Position numbers and translations under genes: made by a program
Notes under the pieces: generated by a model
What the model saw: only the letters and a program-made list of their open reading frames with translations
The model's database searches: none
What the model was told of the DNA's origin: nothing
Shown: positions 26,092 to 39,109 of the stretch, in pieces
Position numbering within the stretch: the stretch's first letter is position 1
How the letters are laid out: each line of letters starts with the position of its first letter
Origin: Octopus vulgaris
Lineage: Eukaryota
Length of the DNA: 64,000 nucleotides
Direction of reading: 5' to 3'
Assembly: GCA_951406725.2 (NCBI GenBank)
Contig: OX597831.1
Coordinates: forward strand, 35,402,001 to 35,466,000

Positions 26092-29000
26092 CAGTGCTTT
26101 TCAACCTTTTTGCTGGAGCGGAACCCCAAGGAAACATTCCACTGGCTCGAGGAACCCCTGTGCAATAATTTAATTGTCTTATGCAAAAAACAGCATTTAA
26201 TTAATGAAATGAAAATACTCATGTTCAGATTTATTTACAATAAAAACACAAACCGTAAAAGAATTGTCACATACACATGCAATTTTATTCTTGCATCTAC
26301 AGTTATTATTAAAACATGTATTAAAAAATTTTAGTTTAAATAGATTACATTTATTCTCATCAAAAACTCAATGAGATTCTTGAACCTGGTGTTTCTTGCA
26401 CAAATCTTTAAGATTGGGTTGTGTTTTTGATAGACACACACGAAGTCCATCTTCCACAGACAGCAATTGTGCCTGCTTCTTGTGTTTGATGGTTGTCAGG
26501 GCTGAAAATCCAAATTCACACAAGTAGGAGGTTGAAAACTGCACAAGATGTCGCAGCATTTTCTGGGCAATTGCAGGATATTCCTTTTCTACCAGCAACC
26601 AAAATGCATTCAGGTGAAGCTCAGAATGCTTCAACTTTAATGTTCTGTCATTTAAAACACCAGCAAGTTCTTCTTCTTCTCTTAATGTGAACTGTTCTTC
26701 AAATGGCTCAAATTCCACAAATGGGTTTTTAATACAGTCATACTGGTCAACAGATATCGATGGAAAATATTTGTCAAGATTTGTTAACAAAGTGTGCAAA
26801 TGGTTCAAAATCAGTAGTGCAATTTCTTAACAATTCCTTTTAAAAACACTTGGAAACATTTCCAAATTTCCTGCAGCTATGCGTTTCTTCCATATTGTCA
26901 ATTTCTTCTGAAAAGCATTTATTTTGTCAGTAGAAGACAAGAATTTTTCGTTCATGCCCTGCATGCTATTGTTCAAGAGGTTTAGCTCATGAAATATATC
27001 AGCAAGATATGCTAACTTGGAACACCAATGGTCATCACTAAAACATTCTACAAAGTCTTTCAGGTTTTTTTGCAAACAAAAGGTCAATTACTCTTCTCTT
27101 AATTCGTAAAAACGAGACAATACTTTTTCTCTTGACAACAATCATATTTCTGTGTGCTGGATTAAGGTGGAATGGCCTGCTTCCATACCCACACAAAGTT
27201 TCGCAAACTGTCGTCATTTAAGTGGCTTCATTTGATGTAATTAACTATTTTCACTACCATATCAAATGCAGATTTTAGTTCAGGTCCAAGAGTTTTAGCA
27301 AGAAGTGCTTCTCTATGAATGAAACAATGAGTATAGATAATATTTGGATTTTGCTTTTGTGCGATTGGGACAAAGCCTTTAAGATATCCTGTCATTGCAG
27401 GGGCACCATCTGTACAAATATCAACACAGTTTTTCCAGTTTGATCCACAATACTCTAAATATGAATTCAAAACATCAAATACGTCCTTTTCTTGTTTCTG
27501 GCAACACTTTGCAACACAGGAAGTCTTCTATAATAGCTTCATCATTAATAAAACGAACAAATACAAGGAGCTGTGCTTTACCAGTGATGTCTGTACTCTC
27601 ATCAACTTGAAGTGCAAACAACTTATGTTTCAGTATTTTTGACTTAATATTGCACTGAATGTCTCCTGATATGTCTTGAATGCGCCTACTTATTGTGTTG
27701 TCAGAAAGTGGAATTTTATTTAGCTCTGATACAGCATCCTCTCCAAACATTATCCTCACTATTTCCTGGCATGCAGGTAAAATTACAGCTTCAGCGATGT
27801 TATGAGATTTCATTTTTCTTGCAACTATCTCCGCCACAGCATAACTTGCTTCTTGTCCTTTGTCACTCAACTTGAACTTTTTGGCAAACATAGAAACTTG
27901 CCTTTTATTAAATGCCAATTCTCTTTTAAAATATTGTTAATTTTTGCCTGACAACTCTGGATGTTTAGTTGTTAAGTGTTGTTTCAGTTTGGCTGGTGCC
28001 ATAGCACTATTAGCCAGCTTCTCCCCACAAACAGTACACAAAGGTGAAGGGAAGTCTGGGTTTCCAGTCCAAGTAAATCCCAGAGCTATGTAGTTTTCAC
28101 AATATTGATGAACTTTTAGTTGCAGGTTGATTCCATCATTTCTTGGTAATTTCAACGAGGCAGCATCACTGGCAGTGGATGCAGCTTCAACAGACTGCCT
28201 CAGACCCTGCCTCTCTTCATCTGTATCTAACTTACATTTTTTCAGAAATCTATCCATACTTGTAAGGCTGTAAGCAGAATTGTATATATATAAAAGCAAA
28301 CCTAATAGTGGCAGGACAAAATGATCTTTAAAGTGTAGCGTGTTTAATGATGTAAAATTTAGCTTTTTCATTGATGGTTTTTTTTTTTAGTAATAGGTAT
28401 TTGATTATATTTAAACAATATGCATATAATGATAAAATAGATTTTCGGATTTGAATTTAAAATGTCGTGTATTTGTTCCTTGTTCTAATTTAGAAATTTG
28501 TAAGGAATTAATATTTATGCATATTTACATATCTTATAATTTAGTATCAGTTTCCCTATTTCTTATTTTTTCCTAAATATGTAATTCAACTCATTTTGAA
28601 TTTTTTAATCTTAACATTTGACCAAATATTAATAGACGTCATACAAGAAAAATTTTTTTTACAAAAACGCCTTTTCAAAAGCTAAAGATCTTTTAAGAGG
28701 CGGATTAACAACAACACCTAAATGGCTTACGCACTTAAAATGTTTCTTCCAAATACAGTCATTCGAATTTTACAAAAGAAACTAAACCATCATCTAAGCT
28801 GGCATGCAACTCATAGATGTGCACGTACATGTACACAGCAAAGATCAGGGTCATCTACGCTGGCAAGTAACTCGTAGTTGTACATGTCGTAGGCCTACAT
28901 ATACACACCAAGGATCAGGGTCATCTACGCTGGCATGCAAATTGTAGATGTTCACATAGGCCTAACAAGTACACACATATCTGCACAGGAGAATTAAAAA

Positions 29001-29098
29001 TTACTGTCGATTTTAGCATTTATGTAACTTCTTACGGAACCCCTGTACTGTACTGGTGGAACCCTAAGGTTCCGCAGAACCCTGGTTGAAAACCACTG
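26092..29098 (-). mobile_element. Full-length decayed hAT DNA transposon, Buster type
   Basis: 15-bp TIRs cagtgcttttcaacc / ggttgaaaaccactg (1 mismatch). 8-bp TSD ctcTAcac at 26084-26091 and 29099-29106. Subterminal ggaaccc motifs at both ends. Confidence 0.95.
26368..28257 (-). pseudogene. Buster-type hAT transposase pseudogene (ZBED5/8-like)
   Basis: Fragments MDRFLKK..., YIALGFTW..P.PLCTVCGEKLANSAMAPAKLKQHL (BED finger), FALQVDESTD, CTDGAPAMTG, HCFIHREAL, LAYLADIF, FSTSYLCEFGFS. Broken by stops and frameshifts. Confidence 0.92.
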
Positions 29099-30477
29099 CT
29101 CTACACTATATTTCTTTTTCTAATTTTTGTAAAAAAATATTATCAGCCTAGTATAAATTTAGCTTGCAACGACAATTTCAAGACTACATAAAGTAGAATA
29201 TCAAAGCTGGTTTGACATTTTCTCTGCTAATTTCATTGCTTTCATTGAGGAAATTTTAAGAAATATTTAGGTTTATAGTTTGTCCAGCTTGTGAGTGATC
29301 TGTGATAAACTGCTCAAACAGACTATTGGGTGTTGTTTTAGCTTAAGATATTTGCTTTGTTTGAAAATTATTGAACAATGCAAGGAAGAAATGAGAAAAA
29401 ATATGTAAGGTTATGTCAGTAAATGAAAACAAAGAAGAGAGATTGTGTATTACCTTATATAAGTTTATTTAATGAGCTTTCAATATTTCGGAAAAGATTC
29501 CTCCTTTCAAACAGAACAAAAGAAAATAATCTGTCTGGAGAAGTATGTTGTTACCAACAGGCTATTCTAGTGTGGTGTGAATTTAATACATCATGAGAAA
29601 TTTGCAAATGTCCCTTTTACAAAAATAAAAAGCAAAAAATTGTATGTACAAGAATTGCCTGAATTAAAAAAAATGTTGGTGTTTCTGGAAGAATGTATAT
29701 AATATAGTATATCATAATATAAAATGTATACATAAATATAATGATGTATATAGAAATACAAAAAGGTAAAAGTTAATATGCATTTAGTTTTATTAAATGG
29801 TTATTTTATTTTCAACATGTGTTATAGCTTGTTTATTTTAATTTTCCTTGAAGATTAAGCTTATATTTCAATATAGTGAAATATTACTCCATTCAAACAC
29901 ACACACAGAAATGTACACAGACAAACTACGTATATATATATATATATATATATACATACACACAAACACACACACACAGACACACACATGTTTGTATGTA
30001 AATAAATATATATATATAAGTAAGCATACACAAGCATACATATATATATATAAAGAGAGAATGAGAAAAAAAGAGAGAGATTGATAGATGGCTGAATAGA
30101 CAGACAGATAAAATTATGTGCATGTATTTATTACTATAAATATTCTTGTTTCCATGTGTGTGTGTGTGTGTGTGTGTTTATACAGATATACCACTTTCAA
30201 AATAAGCATTTTGTATACAAACTTGAATTTGTATATGTCTTAACACTACTTTGTATACTAAATCTGTTCATATTTCATGTGCATATTCTTTGCTTTTCTT
30301 TTTCCGTATCGTTTTTCCCTCCTCTTTATCATTGACTTTACCTTGGTTTTTCTTCTGTAAAGTTAGTTTTTATGTGCTTATAGGCAGACACATATATTAG
30401 AGTGGGATTATATGTGTGTTCATATCAATGCATTTAAGTATATTATATTATTATCTGTTTATTTATATATGTGTGCA

Positions 30478-30556
<79 letters not shown>

Positions 30557-30818
30557 GCATATATGTATGTACACACACATATACGTGTATTAATTTGAAT
30601 ATTCTAGTGAAACTTAGAAGTGACTATCAAAAAATTAAATGTCTACTTATGTCAATATCTATGTCTGTAGATATTCATATGTACATATATCTATATCTAT
30701 ATATAAATATGTGCATGTGTGTGTATATATATGTAAATGTGTGTGTGTCTGTGTGTGTATACATACATACACACACACACATATATACACACACACACAT
30801 ATATATATATATGCATAT

Positions 30819-30865
<47 letters not shown>

Positions 30866-31944
30866 CACATCCACAACCACGCACCCATGCACACAGTCAC
30901 ACATACAGATTGGGAAAGAGAGAGTGTGTGTGGGTGTCTGAGAGAGAGAGAGCGAGAGAGAGAGAGAGATTATTATGAATGCATATATACATAAAGTCTG
31001 GAATATCTTGAAGAAGCCTGATCTGTGCGATCACTGTTTTTATATCAAATTTCGTATGCCTATAAGGTTTATCACATACAGGATTTATTTATGTTATCAG
31101 TTTTCTTATGTGTTTGGGCTTATAGCTTTCTACACATGCAGACTCTTGCACACCAATACAGGCACACCGACACACTCTATAAAAACCAAAATACTCACAC
31201 ACATACATACATACATGCACATATATGTACATACATACACACATCCATCCATCCATCCATCCATCCATACATGCATACATACATACATACAAATATACAT
31301 ACATACAAACATACACACACACATATTTATGCAACTACATAAATAAATGCATATGTGCATACACACATACCTACAGACATATATACACGCATATATATAC
31401 ATGCACACACATACTTACATATATATATCCTCTCTCCCCACCATCGCCCTACATTTACTTGAAAGATTGTAGAATGTGAAACTTAAGTAGTGGCAAAAAT
31501 CTCATTAAACTACATATATCATCAGAAGTATAGTATATAGTTAAGAAGATTGTCTTGCAGTTCTGTGGTTCTGGGTTCAAACCAGCTGCATGGCACTTGT
31601 GTGTGAACCTCTTATACCGTAGTCTTGGTTTGGCATGTGGTATTTGCCAAATGGTGCAAGATTCTTTGAGGTGGAAAGTATGCTCAAACCTGTCTCATGA
31701 TAATGTTTTTAGTGCTGGTGCCATGATAAAAATGCACCCTGTACATGTTATTTACAGATGATGTTTTGAAGGGCATCTCGGGTAGAAATCATTCTGAAAT
31801 TAAAAATATACAACATGGTCCCCAGCTATGCTGAGAAGGGCTTTAATTTGATTAAGATGTAAAATTCATTTATAAACTGAGGTAAACCATTTAGCTCATG
31901 TCAACAAGGAAAGCAAATATGAAATTATCATGATGTTCATGATA

Positions 31945-33125
31945 TTGGGTTGTCCATAAAGTTTGTGTTGATTTTTAAAGGAAAGAAAAATGTCAATAAA
32001 TGCTTGCCATTACCTTTTTAATCAACCAAATATGAACCATTTTGTTGCACAATGTGTCTCCATCTTTCCATTAACTTGAAAATATCCTCTTTCCAGAATT
32101 GAGGTGGTTTCATGACAAAGAATTCATCAAGGTATCTTTTTACATCATCCAAGGAACTGAAATTTTTACCATTAAGACTATTCTGCAGAGACCTGAATAA
32201 GTGGAAATCCGAATGAGCAATATCTGGTGAATATGGAGGGTGGGGTAACATATCTTAGCTGAGCTGCAGCAATTTTTGTCTGGTCCCCAAAGAAACATGC
32301 AGTCTTGCATTATCATGTTGGAAAACAACACCCTTCCTGTTGGCCAATTCTGGACGTTTCTCTTGAATTGCTGCTTTTAACTCGTGTAGTTGTGTGCAGT
32401 ATTTCTCAGAATTAATTGTCTGGTTAATTGGGAGAAGCTCATAGTACAGAATTCCTTTCCAATCCTACCAGACACAAAGTAAGACGTTTTAGGGTGAAGA
32501 CCCACTTTTGGGGTGGCTAAGGTAGGCTCATGTTGCTTACTCCAGGATTGCTTTCTCTGAACATTTCGGTAGACAATCCATTTCTCATCACCTGTCACAG
32601 TTTGCTTTAAAAAGGCGTGTTTTCATTCCGGTTATAAAGCGAATCACAGATGGAAATGCGATCCAAAAGGTTCTTCTCACTCAACTCATGTAGTACCCAA
32701 ACATCGTAGTGATTTGTGTACCCAAGCTTTACCAGGTGCTCATGAAAGACAGATTTTGATAAGTTGAGGCTTTCTGCTAATTCTCAGGTTAAGCAGTGTG
32801 GGTTATTCTCAATTAATGACTTGATTTGGTCATCATCTGTAGTGGATGGTCTGCCTGATCGCTCTTTATCAATAAGGCTACAATCTCCAGCTCAGAACCT
32901 TGCGAACCACTTCCGTACAGTTCTTTCGGATAAAGAAACATCACCGTAAACTGCGCATATTTCCTTGGTTGTTTGTGAGGCATTTTCCCCTTTATGGAAA
33001 AAGAAAAGCATCAAGTGCTGAAAATGAACTTTCTTATCTTCCATTTTAAAGGGTTACATAATTAACACAGGTTATAGGAACATAAACCTTCATCCACGAA
33101 AAGATAGCTTAAACTGTGCTCTAAA
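31945..33125 (-). mobile_element. Decayed mariner transposon (transposase pseudogene 33044-32018)
   Basis: TA followed by TIR ttgggttgtccataaagt at 31945. The minus strand gives MEDKKVHFQHLMLF...W.LHELSEKN...TGDEKW...HDNA...HPPYSPDIAHSDFHLF (D,D34D with WVPHEL/YSPDL-like motifs), with stops. The opposite TIR is not seen. Confidence 0.92.
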
Positions 33126-33569
33126 TGAACATTATTTATTGTTATGATACGTATATTTCTATATTTATTTTTAATTATTATATGTTGAGATACATACATT
33201 TATTTTATTATTTTAGACCTGAAGAGTGACTAATTTTTTAAATCGAATTAATTGAATTCTAAATCAAATTGATTTTAATAGTATCAATTTTATTATTATC
33301 AATTTAAAGATATAGTCACAAAATGTACGTTGTCTATTTAATTTAGTGATTTTTAGAATAATATTATAATATTAAAATTTTTTCTTTATGATTTAATATA
33401 GATAATATCTTTCACTATTAATTGAATAATTTTTATTAGAGGTTATTTCTCTTAATTATATACATATATTATATATTGTGAAATTTGATTTAGAATTGCT
33501 AAATTGAATTTTTCCCTGTAAGTTTGGAATTTTATATTCCCCACTATTAATAATAATAATGATAATAAA

Positions 33570-33630
<61 letters not shown>

Positions 33631-33993
33631 TATGTCCATATGATGATGGTATATTATATGTGTATATATGTAGATGTGTGAATATATATATATATATACA
33701 TACATATATATATATATTTCGTTTTTGTATGTGGTTTGCAAGATTCTTTATGTGAATTTGTATGCTGAAGCATATTTTATTTTGTCTGGGGAAAGTCATT
33801 CTCTTTTAGTACATTATTAATTTAACACATTCACCAATTTCCACGCATTTATTTATTTAGTTTTACTAAAATTTTCATTGAAAAGTTTGCAAGCCACAAC
33901 GAAAATTTTAGTAAAAATGAATAAGTAAATGAGTGGAAATCGGTAAGTGTGTTAAATTAATGAGGCACTAAAAGAAAAGGACTCTTGCTAGGT

Positions 33994-34035
<42 letters not shown>

Positions 34036-34312
34036 GGTAAAGACCCCCTTCGGTCTTCAATGATTATGGCATGCACCCATGCATACCATGCATACCAGAC
34101 TTCCCTCTCCATCCCACTGACATTATCCAAAGGAAAGGCAAAAGGCTGATACAGCTTGGAAGTCATTTCTACAGTGAAGTGAACTGGAGCAACATGAAAT
34201 AAAGTGTCTTGCTCAGGAGCACAACACACAGCCTGGTCTGGGAACTGAACTTACTACTTCATGATTGTGAGTCCAACCCTCTAACCACTGAGCCACGTGC
34301 CTTAACACACAT

Positions 34313-34356
<44 letters not shown>

Positions 34357-34460
34357 ACACACACACACAAACACAGACATACATACACAATGATATGTAA
34401 AGGTAAGATCCAAAGATCAAAGTGTAGGAAGTTAATAAGTTTGAAGTAGTCCGTAAAAGT

Positions 34461-34642
34461 ACAGTTCTATATTTAAGAGATGAGGAATTATGTACACTAT
34501 TTACATTATTTACATTTGATGGATATTTTTCCTTGTCCTGTTTGTTGTTAACACAATGTTTCAGCTGATATACCCTCTAGCCTTTATTAAGTACCCTGGG
34601 GAAATTTCGAACCTGGGTTCTCATTCTCAAGGTATTTTTCAC

Positions 34643-34700
<58 letters not shown>

Positions 34701-34750
34701 ACCAATTTCACATGATAACTATGGCAGTCTTCTATTTTTTTATTTCTATA

Positions 34751-34792
<42 letters not shown>

Positions 34793-35138
34793 TTCACTGC
34801 TTGGAATTGAACTTGGAATCTTGAGGTTAGTAGCCTACACTTTTAACCACTATGCTATATGCCCATGGGCATAGTGGTTAAGAGCACAGGCTACTAACCC
34901 CAAGATTTCGAGTTCGATTCCAAGCAGTGACCTGAATAATAATAATAATAATAATGATAATGATGATGATAATGATAATGAACATCAAAAAATACCTTAG
35001 GAATGAGAACCCAAGTTCGAAATTTCCCCAAGACATCCGATAAAGCCTGGAGAGTATATCAGCCGAAACGTCGTGTTAACAACAAACAAGATGAGGACAA
35101 ATGTCTGTCAAATGTAAATAATGTAAATAATGTAAATA
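34461..35138. mobile_element. Head-to-head palindromic pair of tRNA-headed, hammerhead-tailed PLE-derived repeats (family C)
   Basis: Two inverted units meet at tgcccatgggca (~34865). Each unit is a tRNA-like head (tagtggttaag A-box, gttcgattcc B-box), then (TAA)n, then a tail with a hammerhead motif. The + copy at 35032-35077 reads gacat-ccgataa-a-gcctg...cagcc-GAAA-c-GTC-gtgtt. Confidence 0.75.
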
Positions 35139-36610
35139 AGTCTGTAGAAGGTATAAAAAGCATCTTTCAGGAACAATAGTGATTTATTGACATAGAACGT
35201 TGTCAACCTATCCCATATCGAAGTTCGATAAGCTGAAAAAAGTTATTTTACAGTTCGTGGTTAGCAACTGGGTTTTCTGTGTATGGGAATAGAAACCCCA
35301 AATTAGGGAATGGAGTGGATAATATCCAGGCAATATATGTAACCTAGATTTAACCTACTCCTTTCCCTAAATATGGGTTTATATATGTGTGTATGTGTCT
35401 CTGTGTGTGCTTGCATTCTTTTATTCTTTTACTTGTTTCAGTTATTTGACTGTGGCCATGCTGGAGCACCGCCTTCAGTCGAACAAATTGACCCCAGCGC
35501 TTATTCTTTCTAAGTCTAGTTCTTATTCTATCGGTCTCTTTTGCTGAACCACTAAGCACACCAGCATCGGTTGTCAAGTGATGTTGGGGAGACAAACACA
35601 GACACACAAACATACTCACATACACACACACACAGACACACATATATACGATGGGCTTCTTTTAGTTTCCGTCTACCAAATCCACTCTCTAGGCTTTGGT
35701 CGGCCTGAGGCTATAGTAAAAGAAACTTGCTCAAAGTGCCACATAGTGGGACTGAACCGGGAACCATGGTGTTGGGAAGCAAGCTACTTACCACACAGCC
35801 ACTCCTGCACCTATTTAAATGTTCTGCATGGTGCTAATGGCTGTAAGAGAGCATTCATATTCTCAAGCCATTCTGTGAAAACCAATGCCCTGGATCCAAT
35901 CTCTTACCTTGGACCAATACCATGGATCCAATCTCTGCCTGTCGAGCTGACTGTGTTTTTGGTGATTTTGTCATACGTACTCTTTGGATGCTGGGTGGAC
36001 TTCACAAAGATTGAAAATGTAGGCAATATCTTAAATGTCCTTTTCTACTCTAGGCACAAGGCCCCAAATTTTTGTGGAGGGGGCCAGTCGATTAGATCGA
36101 TCCCAGTATGCAACTGGTATCGATCTAATTGACTGGCCCCCTCCACGAAAATTTTGGGCCTTGTGCCTAGAGTAGAAACAAGTATCTTAAATGTCCTAAG
36201 GCAGTGAGCTGGCAGAATTGTTAGCACGCCGGGCGAAATATTCAACAGTATTTCATCTGTCTTTATGTTCTGAGTTCAAATTCCACCGAGGATGACTTTA
36301 CCTTTCATCCTTTCAAGGTCAATATATAAAGTATCAGTTGGGGTCAATCTAATCGACTGGCCCCCACCCCAAACATTTTGGGCCTTGTGCTTTGAGTAGA
36401 AAAGAATATCTTAAATGACCTGGGTGGCAGAAAATCTGCCCAACCCATGACAGAATTGAGAAATGGGTGTTAACCATAATTCTTCCAAACCCATTTTGCA
36501 CCGTATTAGAATTATAGCCTGTATGTTGGAGTCGTCTGTGACTCTTATGGTATGTAAAGTGTTAAATTTGATGACAACGATGAACATGATGACGATGATG
36601 GTGGTGGTGG

Positions 36611-36651
<41 letters not shown>

Positions 36652-36687
36652 GTGTTGATGATGATGATGATGATGATAATGATGATA

Positions 36688-36743
<56 letters not shown>

Positions 36744-37219
36744 AAGGATGATGAGGATGATGATGATAATGATAATGATGATGATGATGATGATGATGAT
36801 GATGTTTAATCTGAAAAAAGGCCCTATTTAACTGTTTAAATATTACTAAAGTTTAGTTCATTTTTAATTACATTTCAATAACTTGAATTCTCTAACACTA
36901 CCACCACCACCACCACTACTACCATTACACGATTATCATCATCATCAACAACAACAACAAAATTGGCAACAAAAACGAAAACAAAATAATAGAAATAATT
37001 TTTGCTTTTCATTTTTTTCCCCCTGTTTTTTGTTGCTCGTATTCGTATCAAAATATTATGAACTAGCAACCTCACTTAAAAATGATTTATTCTCCTGCTG
37101 TAATTAAGTATTTTTCAGAATTGGCTATTTGACGAAGAAATTAGCTACTTTTCGTTTTCTTTTTTTTTTACTCTGTGTCTTGTGTTTTGTGTAATATTTT
37201 AGTTTTCTTGCTTGTATTT

Positions 37220-37595
<376 letters not shown>

Positions 37596-37719
37596 AAACT
37601 GCAAAATTCATGTGCTTTTGGTTTGAATTTTATTGCTGTTAATGAGAGAAGGACTAAGAAATTTTCTTGTGAAAATACAAAGAAGAAACAGCGGAATAAC
37701 TCAAGTGAACACAGCAGCA

Positions 37720-37758
<39 letters not shown>

Positions 37759-38108
37759 TGTGTGTGCATGTGTGTGCATGTGTATGCATGTATATATGTG
37801 TGTGTGTGTATATGTGTGTGTGTATATATATGTATGTGTGTGTATATATATGTATGTGTGTGTGTATGTTTGTGTGTATGTGTACATATATACATACACA
37901 CATATTATATTCGTGTATATATTGTATGAATAAATATTCGCATATATTTATACACATGCATATTCACATATATATATATCCATATATATATACTTATAGA
38001 CACACACACATATATACATGCATAGATATATATATTCTTATATATATATATATTCATACACATACATATACATACTCACATACATACATATATACACGTA
38101 CACATATA

Positions 38109-38174
<66 letters not shown>

Positions 38175-38624
38175 ATATATATGTATATATATATATGTAT
38201 ATATATGTATATGTATGTATGTATATATATATATATTTATATATATTTATATATATATATATATATACACATATATTATCAATTTTGTTCTTTAGATTTT
38301 ACAGCTCACCAATCATCTTTATATGAAGCAAAAAGACAAAAAGAAAGAAAGAGGACAAAAACTAACAACCAAAAATTCTTAACAAAAAAACTACCCTCAC
38401 CACCAAAAAGAAAGGAACCTCCCCCCTCCACCCCCCCCAAAAAACAAAAACAAAAACAAAATAGCCAGAAATTATCCAGTAGTTAACATTGCTGTTGATG
38501 AATTGTTTCTTGTTTTCATGGTTTTATTTGTATTAGCTTTTATTTTGCTTTTAATAAATATGATATATTTGATATTGGTAAATTTTAAGGTAATGAACAG
38601 TGATCATGGCAGAAGAGCAACGGT

Positions 38625-38683
<59 letters not shown>

Positions 38684-39065
38684 ACAGAGACAGACAGATA
38701 GATAGATAGATAGAGAGAGGGAGCAATGTGAAGAAATGGTGGTGGGTATGGGCAGGAGGTTAGGCAAGGTTTGTTGTCGTGCATAAAACAAGCTTCCTCT
38801 TCGACTGATGCTATGCTGCGCTTAGCTGTGAGCTGTGTTGTACGTCCTCTTTAAAGTTTTATTGCTCATTGGCCTGGACAGAGCAACAAAAGTTGGCAAC
38901 AAAAGAAACCATGATTGACTTCCCTGCGGTGGCATTTATTACAGATCTTTGAGAAATGCTCGTTCACTTACATCATGTCTTTTGTTGTTGTTGTTGTTTT
39001 TGTTTATTTCTATTTTATTTTTATTTTATTTCATTTTTTTGTTTTCTGTATTTATTTTCTGTATT

Positions 39066-39109
<44 letters not shown>

